Shown: piece after piece, positions 43,196 through 50,671 of the stretch | Layout of the letters: each line of letters opens with the position of its first letter | How positions within the stretch are numbered: the stretch's first letter is position 1 | DNA from: Minisyncoccota bacterium | Lineage (GTDB): Bacteria; Patescibacteriota; Minisyncoccia; Minisyncoccales; JAGOPM01 | Length of the DNA stretch: 54,949 nt | NCBI GenBank assembly: GCA_041651395.1 | Contig: JBAZJI010000003.1 | Span: forward strand, 1 to 54,949 | Reading direction: 5' to 3' | The notes under the pieces: model-generated | Told to the model about the DNA's origin: nothing | The model's database searches: none | What the model saw: only the letters and a program-made list of their open reading frames with translations | Position numbers and translations under genes: made by a program

Positions 43196-44020
43196 CTACG
43201 CACCGGCATCGAACCATACTCCCGCCAATGGATAGGCATAATAACCGTTAACACTGTCGACAAACATAATAATACAAGAACCAGAGCTAGAATCGTTCTG
43301 AATCTTGTCACCATCATCCAAAGCCGTTCCGCTTAAAACGATTCGGTCGCTGGCATTTGGGTCTACAACAACCGCAGCAGCAGTGGTGGAAACAATCATG
43401 AAGTAGGAACCAACTATCGAGGCATCCACAGCGGGAAGGATGTAAGTTCCAGCAGCGGTGGCTAAAATAATCCCGTGGCGTATCTGACCAGTGGTTAACG
43501 TTGCCGCAGTAGTGCTGGTAACTTTACGCATGATGCCGACTGGGTAGTTGAATACGAATTTACTGTTGGTGTTATCCCATGTTAGAGTGGCATCAGTACC
43601 TAAATCAGCCACCAAGAGCGTCATATCACCATCTGCCCCGCCTTTGTTAACCGTATATCCGCCAGTTCCAGTCATATCAATATTGGTAGCAGTCCCCAAT
43701 ATTCGTGTGTCAGTGGCGTTACTCCAATATTCTCCGTTGGCCATGATAAATGAGCCAGAAGTTTTTACGCTTGTGTTAAATGTCCAATCCCCAGCCTCGT
43801 CAACGATGGTATGACTATGGTGGCCAGTAATATCCGGGTCAGAAATAGTTACAAGATTACCAGAGATTCCTCCTGGTATTGACACAGACCAAGTGGCATC
43901 AACCAAGCTGACTACTCCGGACGCTACTTTCCATAAACTAAACCCCGGAGGAGTGGCAGCGATTAAGCCAAAAGTCGCAAGCCATAAAATTACTAGGAGG
44001 ACAGCAAGTTTATTTTTCAT
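43196..44020 (-). CDS. Fibre-module protein with N-terminal hydrophobic signal/anchor
   Basis: AGGAGG SD. MKNKLAVLLVILWLATFGLIAATPP. Confidence 0.55.
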   Translation of the reverse strand: MKNKLAVLLVILWLATFGLIAATPPGFSLWKVASGVVSLVDATWSVSIPGGISGNLVTISDPDITGHHSHTIVDEAGDWTFNTSVKTSGSFIMANGEYWSNATDTRILGTATNIDMTGTGGYTVNKGGADGDMTLLVADLGTDATLTWDNTNSKFVFNYPVGIMRKVTSTTAATLTTGQIRHGIILATAAGTYILPAVDASIVGSYFMIVSTTAAAVVVDPNASDRIVLSGTALDDGDKIQNDSSSGSCIIMFVDSVNGYYAYPLAGVWFDAGA

Positions 44021-44029
44021 TCAATCCTC

Positions 44030-44497
44030 CTACCATGCCACATCAATATAGATGGTTCCAGTAGCACCAGCTCCGGCGTCAGCAATAACTGGGGAGATAG
44101 TAGCGTTGTAATAGAACGGATAATACCCCCAAGTTGTTACTGGACAACGTAATACATCGCTATCTGTTACAACAATAGGACAGTCTGTACCAAGAGCTTT
44201 TAATATATCTGCCCCAGTAGTTCCGGCTGGGGATAGCAAAGGAAAGGTTACATCATAATGGTTAGTTGGCACCACCGCCCCGGGCCAGAACTCTACCGAG
44301 TAAATAAACCCAGTCACGTTATACGCATAACCAACTCCTGTTACCGCTCCACCCGCCGAAGCTGTCCAAGCAAACGCATATCTGGTCGTTCTCGAATCTT
44401 TTTGTGTGATTGTTACGGTACAACTCCCGGCAGCCAATGCCTCTATCGGAAGCATAAGTATAACCGCCAGAAGGATTAAACCAAAAATCTTACGCAT
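44030..44497 (-). CDS. Putative lipoprotein
   Basis: AGGAGG SD. MRKIFGLILLAVILMLPIEALAAGS-C fits a lipobox-type signal. Confidence 0.5.
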   Translation of the reverse strand: MRKIFGLILLAVILMLPIEALAAGSCTVTITQKDSRTTRYAFAWTASAGGAVTGVGYAYNVTGFIYSVEFWPGAVVPTNHYDVTFPLLSPAGTTGADILKALGTDCPIVVTDSDVLRCPVTTWGYYPFYYNATISPVIADAGAGATGTIYIDVAW

Positions 44498-44507
44498 CTT
44501 ATGCCTC

Positions 44508-44924
44508 CTAATAATAGCAAAACATGGTTGCCGAAACCACAGCGGTCACGGGGAGAGCGCCAGCAATAATTATAGCTGCGCGACAATCCCAGGGAATAAG
44601 CATCGGTTCAAAGTTATTCTGCCAGTGCGCATCATCTCGCGGGAGAATGATGGAAGTCTGGCCAGTTAGGTCAATCTGGAAAATATCCACATCATACCCC
44701 GCTCCGGCAACATTATCAAGCAATACCGTTAAAGTCCCAGTTACTCCCACATCAAACGCCAAAGTGACCATATACAAATAGAACGGACAGTTTGGCAACT
44801 TAGGACTGCCTGTTGCCGCCCCAGTCCCGTCAGAATACAACGAGAACGCGCCTCCGGTTAATGCACCAGTTCCATACACAACTCGCGGCGTGATTTCTCT
44901 GGTATCAATAGCTAATGCTTCCAC
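44508..44924 (-). CDS. Late structural-module protein
   Basis: GTG start 6 nt after AGGAGG. Confidence 0.55.
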   Translation of the reverse strand: MEALAIDTREITPRVVYGTGALTGGAFSLYSDGTGAATGSPKLPNCPFYLYMVTLAFDVGVTGTLTVLLDNVAGAGYDVDIFQIDLTGQTSIILPRDDAHWQNNFEPMLIPWDCRAAIIIAGALPVTAVVSATMFCYY

Positions 44925-44942
44925 ACAAGCCTCCTAAGTTTT

Positions 44943-44967
44943 GGGGAGTGGATTATCTCCACTCCCC
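44943..44967 (-). promoter_or_regulatory. 9-bp GC hairpin between head and fibre gene blocks (attenuator or RNA-stability candidate)
   Basis: GGGGAGTGG-attatct-CCACTCCCC. No U tract on the transcribed strand. Confidence 0.35.
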
Positions 44968-44982
44968 TAGCCGCCCACAGCC

Positions 44983-45306
44983 CTATGCCATAAAAAGGTC
45001 ATAGAGGAAAAGATGTTCTTGTTGGAGTAAACCTTTGTTACTCAAGTCAGTTATGGTATCTTTAATCAGTTTAATCTCCGAATCTTTGAACGTGAAGTCT
45101 TTTGGCTGTGCTTCAGGAACAGTTCCATCCCACTCAATACTTCCCGGAGTGGCACCATCGCGCAACTTGATAGCTGCAATCTCTTCCCGAGTCAATTCTA
45201 CCAGTTTCTTTATATCCCTGGCAGCAAGCAGTTGGGTAATGCTGCCTTTTTGGGGTAGAATGTTTCCCAACAAAATCCGTCCAAAGATGTTTAGTTTTAT
45301 AACCAT
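44983..45306 (-). CDS. Late structural-module protein
   Basis: ATG 45306, 6 nt after AAAGGA. Confidence 0.55.
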   Translation of the reverse strand: MVIKLNIFGRILLGNILPQKGSITQLLAARDIKKLVELTREEIAAIKLRDGATPGSIEWDGTVPEAQPKDFTFKDSEIKLIKDTITDLSNKGLLQQEHLFLYDLFMA

Positions 45307-45318
45307 AACCAATCCTTT

Positions 45319-45990
45319 CTACGCATCGGATTTGATAAGAACGGAATAAGCAACGCCGTTAATCAAACATTTGATATATTTGCTGGTTCCTCCACCAGCG
45401 CCCGAATCGGCAATTACACCAGTACTCGAATCAAACTCGAACATGGCATCCCAGGTTCCAGACAGAGGCGCAAGAACGTGCATAACTACAGCTTTGCCAT
45501 CGGTGGTTCCGGCAAGATTTGCACCGGCACTAAACGCCGCAGCATAATAACTGGTCGGAAGAGTACAGCCGGCAGGGATGTCGACAGAACCATGAACGCC
45601 ACTAAATGCGCACGCGCCAATGCTGGCAGTATCTGCCAGTTCGATACCACCAAACACGCCGGAGATAACGCCGGTAGAAGTAATAGTGGTGGTTCCCTTG
45701 GCTTTCAGTAAGCCTTTAACCGCATTGAGGCTTACGTCAAGGCCAGTGATATTGGTGGTCAATAACAACCGACACAAAGTCGCACCATAATCACCAGCAC
45801 CAAATCCCACTCCACCATCATCCGCGCTTACACGAAACGCACGGTCACAAAGTTCGGCCCAGGTTAGCGTCCCAATATTGATACCATCCCCAACCGTATT
45901 CGACTTCTTGCCAATCTGAAGGATTCCAGACTTGGCAACAGTGTTGGTAAAAATCAGGGAGCCAGACTCCCATTTCGCTCCAAGACCCAT
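45319..45990 (-). CDS. Late structural-module protein (223 aa, Gly/Ala/Thr-rich)
   Basis: GCGGAGG SD. Tracked ORF. Confidence 0.6.
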   Translation of the reverse strand: MGLGAKWESGSLIFTNTVAKSGILQIGKKSNTVGDGINIGTLTWAELCDRAFRVSADDGGVGFGAGDYGATLCRLLLTTNITGLDVSLNAVKGLLKAKGTTTITSTGVISGVFGGIELADTASIGACAFSGVHGSVDIPAGCTLPTSYYAAAFSAGANLAGTTDGKAVVMHVLAPLSGTWDAMFEFDSSTGVIADSGAGGGTSKYIKCLINGVAYSVLIKSDA

Positions 45991-46005
45991 AATAAAATAC
46001 CTCCG

Positions 46006-46764
46006 CTAATCCAACATAAGCATAAAAGGTTTGTAATAAGTAGCCCCAGCATCTTCCAAGAAGTAACCGATAGGAACATCGGTATGGCCAGTCACCGGGC
46101 CAGCAGCGCCGTCAACAGTTGCGCCGGAAGTGCATAGAACTCCCTGGTTGGCATCGCCAGTATCGACTAACACGTTAGTCTGTCCACGAGTTTGCAGCCA
46201 AAAGTAATAACTCGCGGCGACTAGCGTCGGCGGGACTCCCAAGAAGCCAATAGTCCTATCACCCGCCGAAGCAATTATCACCGCGTTATGTGCATGACGC
46301 TTCAAACATACAGTGTCAGTGGTAATAGTCAATGCGGTGATAAGTCCAGACTCAAGAGTCAAAGCCAGATTAGCCGACAAAGCCGCAGCCGGGTGAGAAG
46401 CAATTCGGTATGAGTATCCACCATGAGCATTGCTTGCCACAGGAGTCGCAATGTGCATAAAGCCTTCTTTATACATATCTTTCGTGGCAGCAGTAGCCCC
46501 CAGAGTCACAGTGACAACCATAGACCCAATCGAGTGATTGGCAACAACAGCACACAACTCGTGGTTGGCCTCATCACTGGCTCTCCGAACCACCTTTCCG
46601 GCCGCTAGAATCGTTGCACCATTTTTTGTATAACGAAAAACTCGGCCGTCGTCCGTGACCATGCGAGTACCCAAAGGATACGTCTGCGTGGCAGAAGTTT
46701 TCTGCCAGTCCATGTCCGGGACGTTCTGCCAAGTTTTGTTGTCCATCCAGAAACGAGTACCCAT
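46006..46764 (-). CDS. Capsid decoration/cement-like protein, paralog 2 (DUF2190-like)
   Basis: GGGAGG SD. Paralogous to 46774..47502 (GRVFRYTKNGATILAAGKVV vs GKVFYYAKAGALALARGKVC; YYFWLQTRG vs YYYWSQTWG). Confidence 0.45.
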   Translation of the reverse strand: MGTRFWMDNKTWQNVPDMDWQKTSATQTYPLGTRMVTDDGRVFRYTKNGATILAAGKVVRRASDEANHELCAVVANHSIGSMVVTVTLGATAATKDMYKEGFMHIATPVASNAHGGYSYRIASHPAAALSANLALTLESGLITALTITTDTVCLKRHAHNAVIIASAGDRTIGFLGVPPTLVAASYYFWLQTRGQTNVLVDTGDANQGVLCTSGATVDGAAGPVTGHTDVPIGYFLEDAGATYYKPFMLMLD

Positions 46765-46773
46765 GTTACCTCC

Positions 46774-47502
46774 CTACGGCATAATCTTTAAATCGACCGC
46801 ATCGTAATAAGTTGCCGTACCGTTGGCTCCAATCGCGATACCGATACATTGGTTGGTTAACAACGCGATATCCTCGGTGGCACCATCCACCGCAGCATCA
46901 ACACGGAGGTCGGTGTAGATGGTGGTATCCCCAGTTCCGGTTAACACACCACATAATCCCCAAGTTTGGGACCAGTAATAATAGTTCGCAGCGACGGTAC
47001 ACAGCGGAACTCCAGCCAACCATTGATTAATATCACCCGCAGCGGCAACAAGAGTGCCGTTAAAACGACTTAATACTAACGCCAACACACCCGCAGCAGC
47101 GATGGCGGTCTGGACCGGTTCTTCCAAATCAATCTGGAGAGAGCCAGATGCAACACAGGCGGGATGTTTGGCGATTTGGTACATCTCACCAGTTGCTTTG
47201 TTGAGCAAATGTCCGCCGGTGTACTGGTTCGCAGTAACAGCGGTGGCACCAACAGTCACATGAACATGACGGTCACCAACAACTGCAGCACTTTGGGCAG
47301 TCGCGGCATAATGCAACGCAACCGTCGCCGGACCTTTGCATACTTTACCACGAGCTAACGCAAGCGCGCCAGCTTTGGCATAATAGAACACCTTGCCATT
47401 ATTCAACATCAGCTTTTCGCCGATGGTATGCAACGCCGATACACTCGCAGCATAAATACTTTGTTCCGGGCCAACTTGCCCGTAAGCAGCTTGTTTAGAC
47501 AT
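46774..47502 (-). CDS. Capsid decoration/cement-like protein, paralog 1 (DUF2190-like)
   Basis: GGAGG SD. Paralogy as above. Lies two genes downstream of the capsid gene. Confidence 0.45.
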   Translation of the reverse strand: MSKQAAYGQVGPEQSIYAASVSALHTIGEKLMLNNGKVFYYAKAGALALARGKVCKGPATVALHYAATAQSAAVVGDRHVHVTVGATAVTANQYTGGHLLNKATGEMYQIAKHPACVASGSLQIDLEEPVQTAIAAAGVLALVLSRFNGTLVAAAGDINQWLAGVPLCTVAANYYYWSQTWGLCGVLTGTGDTTIYTDLRVDAAVDGATEDIALLTNQCIGIAIGANGTATYYDAVDLKIMP

Positions 47503-47864
47503 TAAACACCTCCAGTATTAGCAGGGGGAGCAGGATTGGCAGGAGCCGGAGCAGGTGCAGCAGGTTTCTGCTCTCCACCAGCCGGGACGTTGTACAATTT
47601 CTGCGCCATCTGCGTTACGTTGTCGAGAAACGCTTTGGTAATCTGTGCAAATCTTGGGTCGAGTTGGACCAAATACTGCAACATTCTGGCAACATAGCCC
47701 AGAATAGTCAAGGGAGTAACCGGCTGGGCTTTGTCCCCAGCACCAGTTTGTCCCCCTGCGGGAGCATCCGGGTTCTGTTCCGCCGGAGCTTCCTTCGGTG
47801 CAGGACTGGCACTTCCACCCTTGTTCGCCAGATTCATTAATCGTGAGTTACGGTCTGTAGCCAT
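47502..47864 (-). CDS. Hypothetical Pro/Ala-rich protein
   Basis: ATG 47864, 5 nt after GGAGG (MATDRNSRL...). Confidence 0.55.
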   Translation of the reverse strand: MATDRNSRLMNLANKGGSASPAPKEAPAEQNPDAPAGGQTGAGDKAQPVTPLTILGYVARMLQYLVQLDPRFAQITKAFLDNVTQMAQKLYNVPAGGEQKPAAPAPAPANPAPPANTGGV

Positions 47865-47877
47865 TACAGCCTCCAAT

Positions 47878-48822
47878 CTAAGAAATAGAATCCAGCCGGA
47901 AGCACCGAATAGGTTTGGTACAAATCAGGTTCGCGTCCAGAAGCAGCTGGCGAATATAGGCGCTTTGGTTGGTCGGTTCCTTCGGATTAGTCCAGATAAA
48001 GGCCCCAGTTTTCAGAATCGTGAGCTTGAAATAATCGGTGTTCAAGCCATAAATAGAATCCGCCGGGGTAATCGTGTTATCAACCGTAACAGTCGTCCCG
48101 TTAAAGTTGATGGCCTGGAAACCTGCGTTAATAATATCTTGCTGTGCGGTAGTGGGATAGAACTGCTTGGCGTAAATCTTATCCCAAAGTTTGTTGAACA
48201 AAGCCTGCCGCATGAGAATCAAATCGGGCTTTTCTTTACCATCAGTACAAGCACCAATGGCCTCTTGCAAGAAAGAAGCAGTTAACACATGCGCGGTAGA
48301 GTCAACATAGGCTTTCCACCAAGCATTCGTGGCCCGGGAAATTCCGGCATAGGAGTCATAAATAACTCCATCATCAATCGCGTTGTAAAGACCATCCAGG
48401 TCTTTATTGGCATTCCCGGTTCCGTCCCCGGCCAGTTGTTCAGACAACTTTTTGTTAAGCGACTTTTGGGCGTTGGCCAATTTATCGGCCAGCAAATCAC
48501 CAACCTTCTCCGAACCAGCCGCTTGCGCTTTACGTAACTTGGTTCCCGGAATGGTCACATTGATATACACATGCTTCCATTGCCACACCGCAACCGTCTC
48601 GGTTTCAACGTAATCGGTGTTGAACTTGTCAAGACCGTCGTAACTTCCGCCGTTAAGCTCTTCGTATTCCAATCTCTGCGCAATGTCACCGCCACCAAGC
48701 GTTACTTTGTTTTTTGCCATCAACCGCGTGAGCAGGGGAGTAACGGTAAATACTTGGTTTACGATGCCAGGCAGAAAAGCCTTTTGCACAACGGCATCCA
48801 TGTCATTGTAAGTCAGAGCCAT
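47878..48822 (-). CDS. Major capsid protein (HK97-fold type)
   Basis: 314 aa, directly downstream of the scaffold gene. Sequence pattern typical of HK97-family capsid proteins (…WQWKHVYINVTIPG…LAGDGTGNANKDLDGLYNAI…). Confidence 0.75.
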   Translation of the reverse strand: MALTYNDMDAVVQKAFLPGIVNQVFTVTPLLTRLMAKNKVTLGGGDIAQRLEYEELNGGSYDGLDKFNTDYVETETVAVWQWKHVYINVTIPGTKLRKAQAAGSEKVGDLLADKLANAQKSLNKKLSEQLAGDGTGNANKDLDGLYNAIDDGVIYDSYAGISRATNAWWKAYVDSTAHVLTASFLQEAIGACTDGKEKPDLILMRQALFNKLWDKIYAKQFYPTTAQQDIINAGFQAINFNGTTVTVDNTITPADSIYGLNTDYFKLTILKTGAFIWTNPKEPTNQSAYIRQLLLDANLICTKPIRCFRLDSIS

Positions 48823-48838
48823 CTTTCAATCTCCTTAA

Positions 48839-49699
48839 TTATGACCCGGCCAACATCTTTTTGGCCACGTCCCGACCTTCCTCCACAGTTTTCGGAACTT
48901 CCGCCCCGAGCTTCGGTGGCGCAAAAATAGAACTGGTTGCCAATCCCTCAACTTTGGCTTGTTGCATAGCAGCGAACTTTTCCTGGGCTAGTTTTTCCGC
49001 ACGAGCGTCAACGTTCTTTGACTCGTGGGTTTCATTATACGCAAGTTGGAAATCAGACAGTTGGAAGTCAGTCTTTCCCGCTTTCTCCAAACTAGCCATC
49101 ACCGCATCCTCATCAAAAGGAACGGACGGGTTGTTCTTGCCATGAGACTCTTTGAGAGTAGCCAGAGCCGCGTTATAACGAGTCCATTTGTCCAACTTGG
49201 TCTCCGCACTCGCTGCTCTTTGACCAGCTTCTTGCGCCGCTTTAATAGCCTCGTCAGTTTTGGTGGTATATCCCGTTAACTTGGTAGTCAAATCGGCAAT
49301 TTGTTGTTGTAGTTTCAGAATATCTTGGTCGTTCATTGCATTCTCCTTCGGTTTAGGAGCCACAGGCTCCGGTGGTTTATTATTAGCCAGCGTTTTCTTA
49401 TATTCCTCATAGCCAGCCAAATCTAAAGGCGCAATTTTGGTTTGAAAATAGTTGTCCCAGTCGGCATTAACACCTTCCAACTCGGTTACTCTGTCTTGAA
49501 GAGCTTTCATATTGCTCTTCTCATCAGCCAACTCTTGCGTCTTTTTGGTATAATCACTCTGCCGAAGGTATCCCGCTTTGAGTTCACCAAGATTTACCTT
49601 TTGTGCTTGGCCGTTGAGTTCAACCTCAACAGTCTCGTTCCAGTCTACCACAAAACACCCCCGGTTCTTTTGGGGTTGTTGGATAAATCCAGTCCCCAA
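48839..49699 (-). CDS. Scaffolding protein
   Basis: A/K/E/Q-rich coiled-coil composition. Position between portal and capsid. Start uncertain (TTG 49699, or the downstream GTG). Confidence 0.6.
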   Translation of the reverse strand: MGTGFIQQPQKNRGCFVVDWNETVEVELNGQAQKVNLGELKAGYLRQSDYTKKTQELADEKSNMKALQDRVTELEGVNADWDNYFQTKIAPLDLAGYEEYKKTLANNKPPEPVAPKPKENAMNDQDILKLQQQIADLTTKLTGYTTKTDEAIKAAQEAGQRAASAETKLDKWTRYNAALATLKESHGKNNPSVPFDEDAVMASLEKAGKTDFQLSDFQLAYNETHESKNVDARAEKLAQEKFAAMQQAKVEGLATSSIFAPPKLGAEVPKTVEEGRDVAKKMLAGS

Positions 49700-49706
49700 A
49701 TTCCTT

Positions 49707-49856
49707 TTATGGTGTTAACCTCGGTTTTTTAAAAGCCGTAAAGGTAACAGGTTTACGGTTCTTGTGGGCCGGCTTGAAGTTTTTTATGTCTCGCCAAACC
49801 ACAGAGCTTTGCCGTCCACCGTTAAACGACTTCATGGCTTTTAGTTTATCTTTCAT
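49707..49856 (-). CDS. Small basic protein (49 aa), ends KKPRLTP
   Basis: Hand-translated. ATG abuts the upstream TAA. Confidence 0.45.
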   Translation of the reverse strand: MKDKLKAMKSFNGGRQSSVVWRDIKNFKPAHKNRKPVTFTAFKKPRLTP

Positions 49857-50033
49857 TTACTTACTCTTGAAACTGGCTTTCTTTCCGCCAGTTCGTGCAG
49901 CCAGTTTAGCGTTAGTCGGAGACAACTTGGGCTTCCGCTTGGCAGCAACCTTGGCTTGAGCCTCGAAGTTCCGTTTCGGTGCATCAGTACTCGGCATCTT
50001 GTCGTTATAGTTTACCTTCCGCCCCCAGACCAT
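49857..50033 (-). CDS. Small basic protein (58 aa)
   Basis: Hand-translated. GGAGG SD 8 nt upstream. Lys/Arg/Ala-rich. Confidence 0.5.
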   Translation of the reverse strand: MVWGRKVNYNDKMPSTDAPKRNFEAQAKVAAKRKPKLSPTNAKLAARTGGKKASFKSK

Positions 50034-50048
50034 CTCTCATACCTCCTT

Positions 50049-50222
50049 TCAATGTGTTAATCTTGGTTTCTTTTTCTTATCGTAACCACGAAATACCGGA
50101 TTACGCTTCCCTTGTTTGGACGAGTTATAAATCCTGGCAGCATGTTTCTCAACTTGCTTCTCACTATATCCAGGATTATCTCTTGCCACACTCTTCTTTA
50201 TCGCGTCGTACATTGCTGGCAT
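50049..50222 (-). CDS. Small basic protein (57 aa), ends KKPRLTH
   Basis: Hand-translated. GGGGTAAGGT-ATG. Confidence 0.5.
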   Translation of the reverse strand: MPAMYDAIKKSVARDNPGYSEKQVEKHAARIYNSSKQGKRNPVFRGYDKKKKPRLTH

Positions 50223-50225
50223 ACC

Positions 50226-50405
50226 TTACCCCGGCTGGACACAACCATGAAACTTCTTCCAGAACTGTTCGGCCTCGTACACGCCCGCAGCAGGGCCAAC
50301 GCCATCAACAACAAACTGGCCAGGCTTAATAGCCTTACCCTCATGCTCCTGCGAGTCTTGGCACATCCATGCTTGATAAATCTGGTTGTCTTTTGCGATG
50401 GTCAT
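50226..50405 (-). CDS. Hypothetical small protein (59 aa)
   Basis: ATG 50405 after AAAGGAAA. In frame with tracked ORF 50226..50441. Confidence 0.5.
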   Translation of the reverse strand: MTIAKDNQIYQAWMCQDSQEHEGKAIKPGQFVVDGVGPAAGVYEAEQFWKKFHGCVQPG

Positions 50406-50485
50406 AGTTATATTTCCTTTCTTTAACACTATGCTTCTCATAGGGAATAATCTTCCATCACAGGCATAGTGTTATGTATAATAAT
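50406..50485 (-). promoter_or_regulatory. Conserved hairpin element, copy 3 (minus orientation)
   Basis: 10-bp perfect stem AACACTATGC/GCATAGTGTT (50425-50434 / 50464-50473). The loop carries the conserved AGATTATTCCCTATGA on the minus strand. Confidence 0.55.
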
Positions 50486-50662
50486 CTAATCACCCAACTT
50501 CTTCTCCAAACATTTCTCATGTGCCATTTTCCATGAACCAACTAGCGCCCTGGTTATTACTTCCCCAACATCGTTCAACATTGTGGTAGAACCAATTAGC
50601 ACATAAACATTCTCTCCTTCCGTTAATTTTTCCCCACAAACTAAACACTTCTCTTTGTCCAT
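50486..50662 (-). CDS. Small CxxC protein (58 aa)
   Basis: Hand-translated. AGGAG SD overlapping the portal stop. MDKEKCLVCGEKL... Confidence 0.5.
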   Translation of the reverse strand: MDKEKCLVCGEKLTEGENVYVLIGSTTMLNDVGEVITRALVGSWKMAHEKCLEKKLGD

Positions 50663-50671
50663 CTCTAACTC

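Noticed and set aside
47731-48285. 184-aa plus-strand ORF overlapping the capsid gene
   Set aside because: It is antisense to the major capsid gene and its neighbour, and is a shadow ORF.
8066-50485. Whether the repeated hairpin elements could be a CRISPR array or DGR template/variable repeats
   Set aside because: There are only three copies, 19-23 kb apart and in different orientations, with no repeat-spacer periodicity. No cas gene and no reverse transcriptase is encoded anywhere in the genome.
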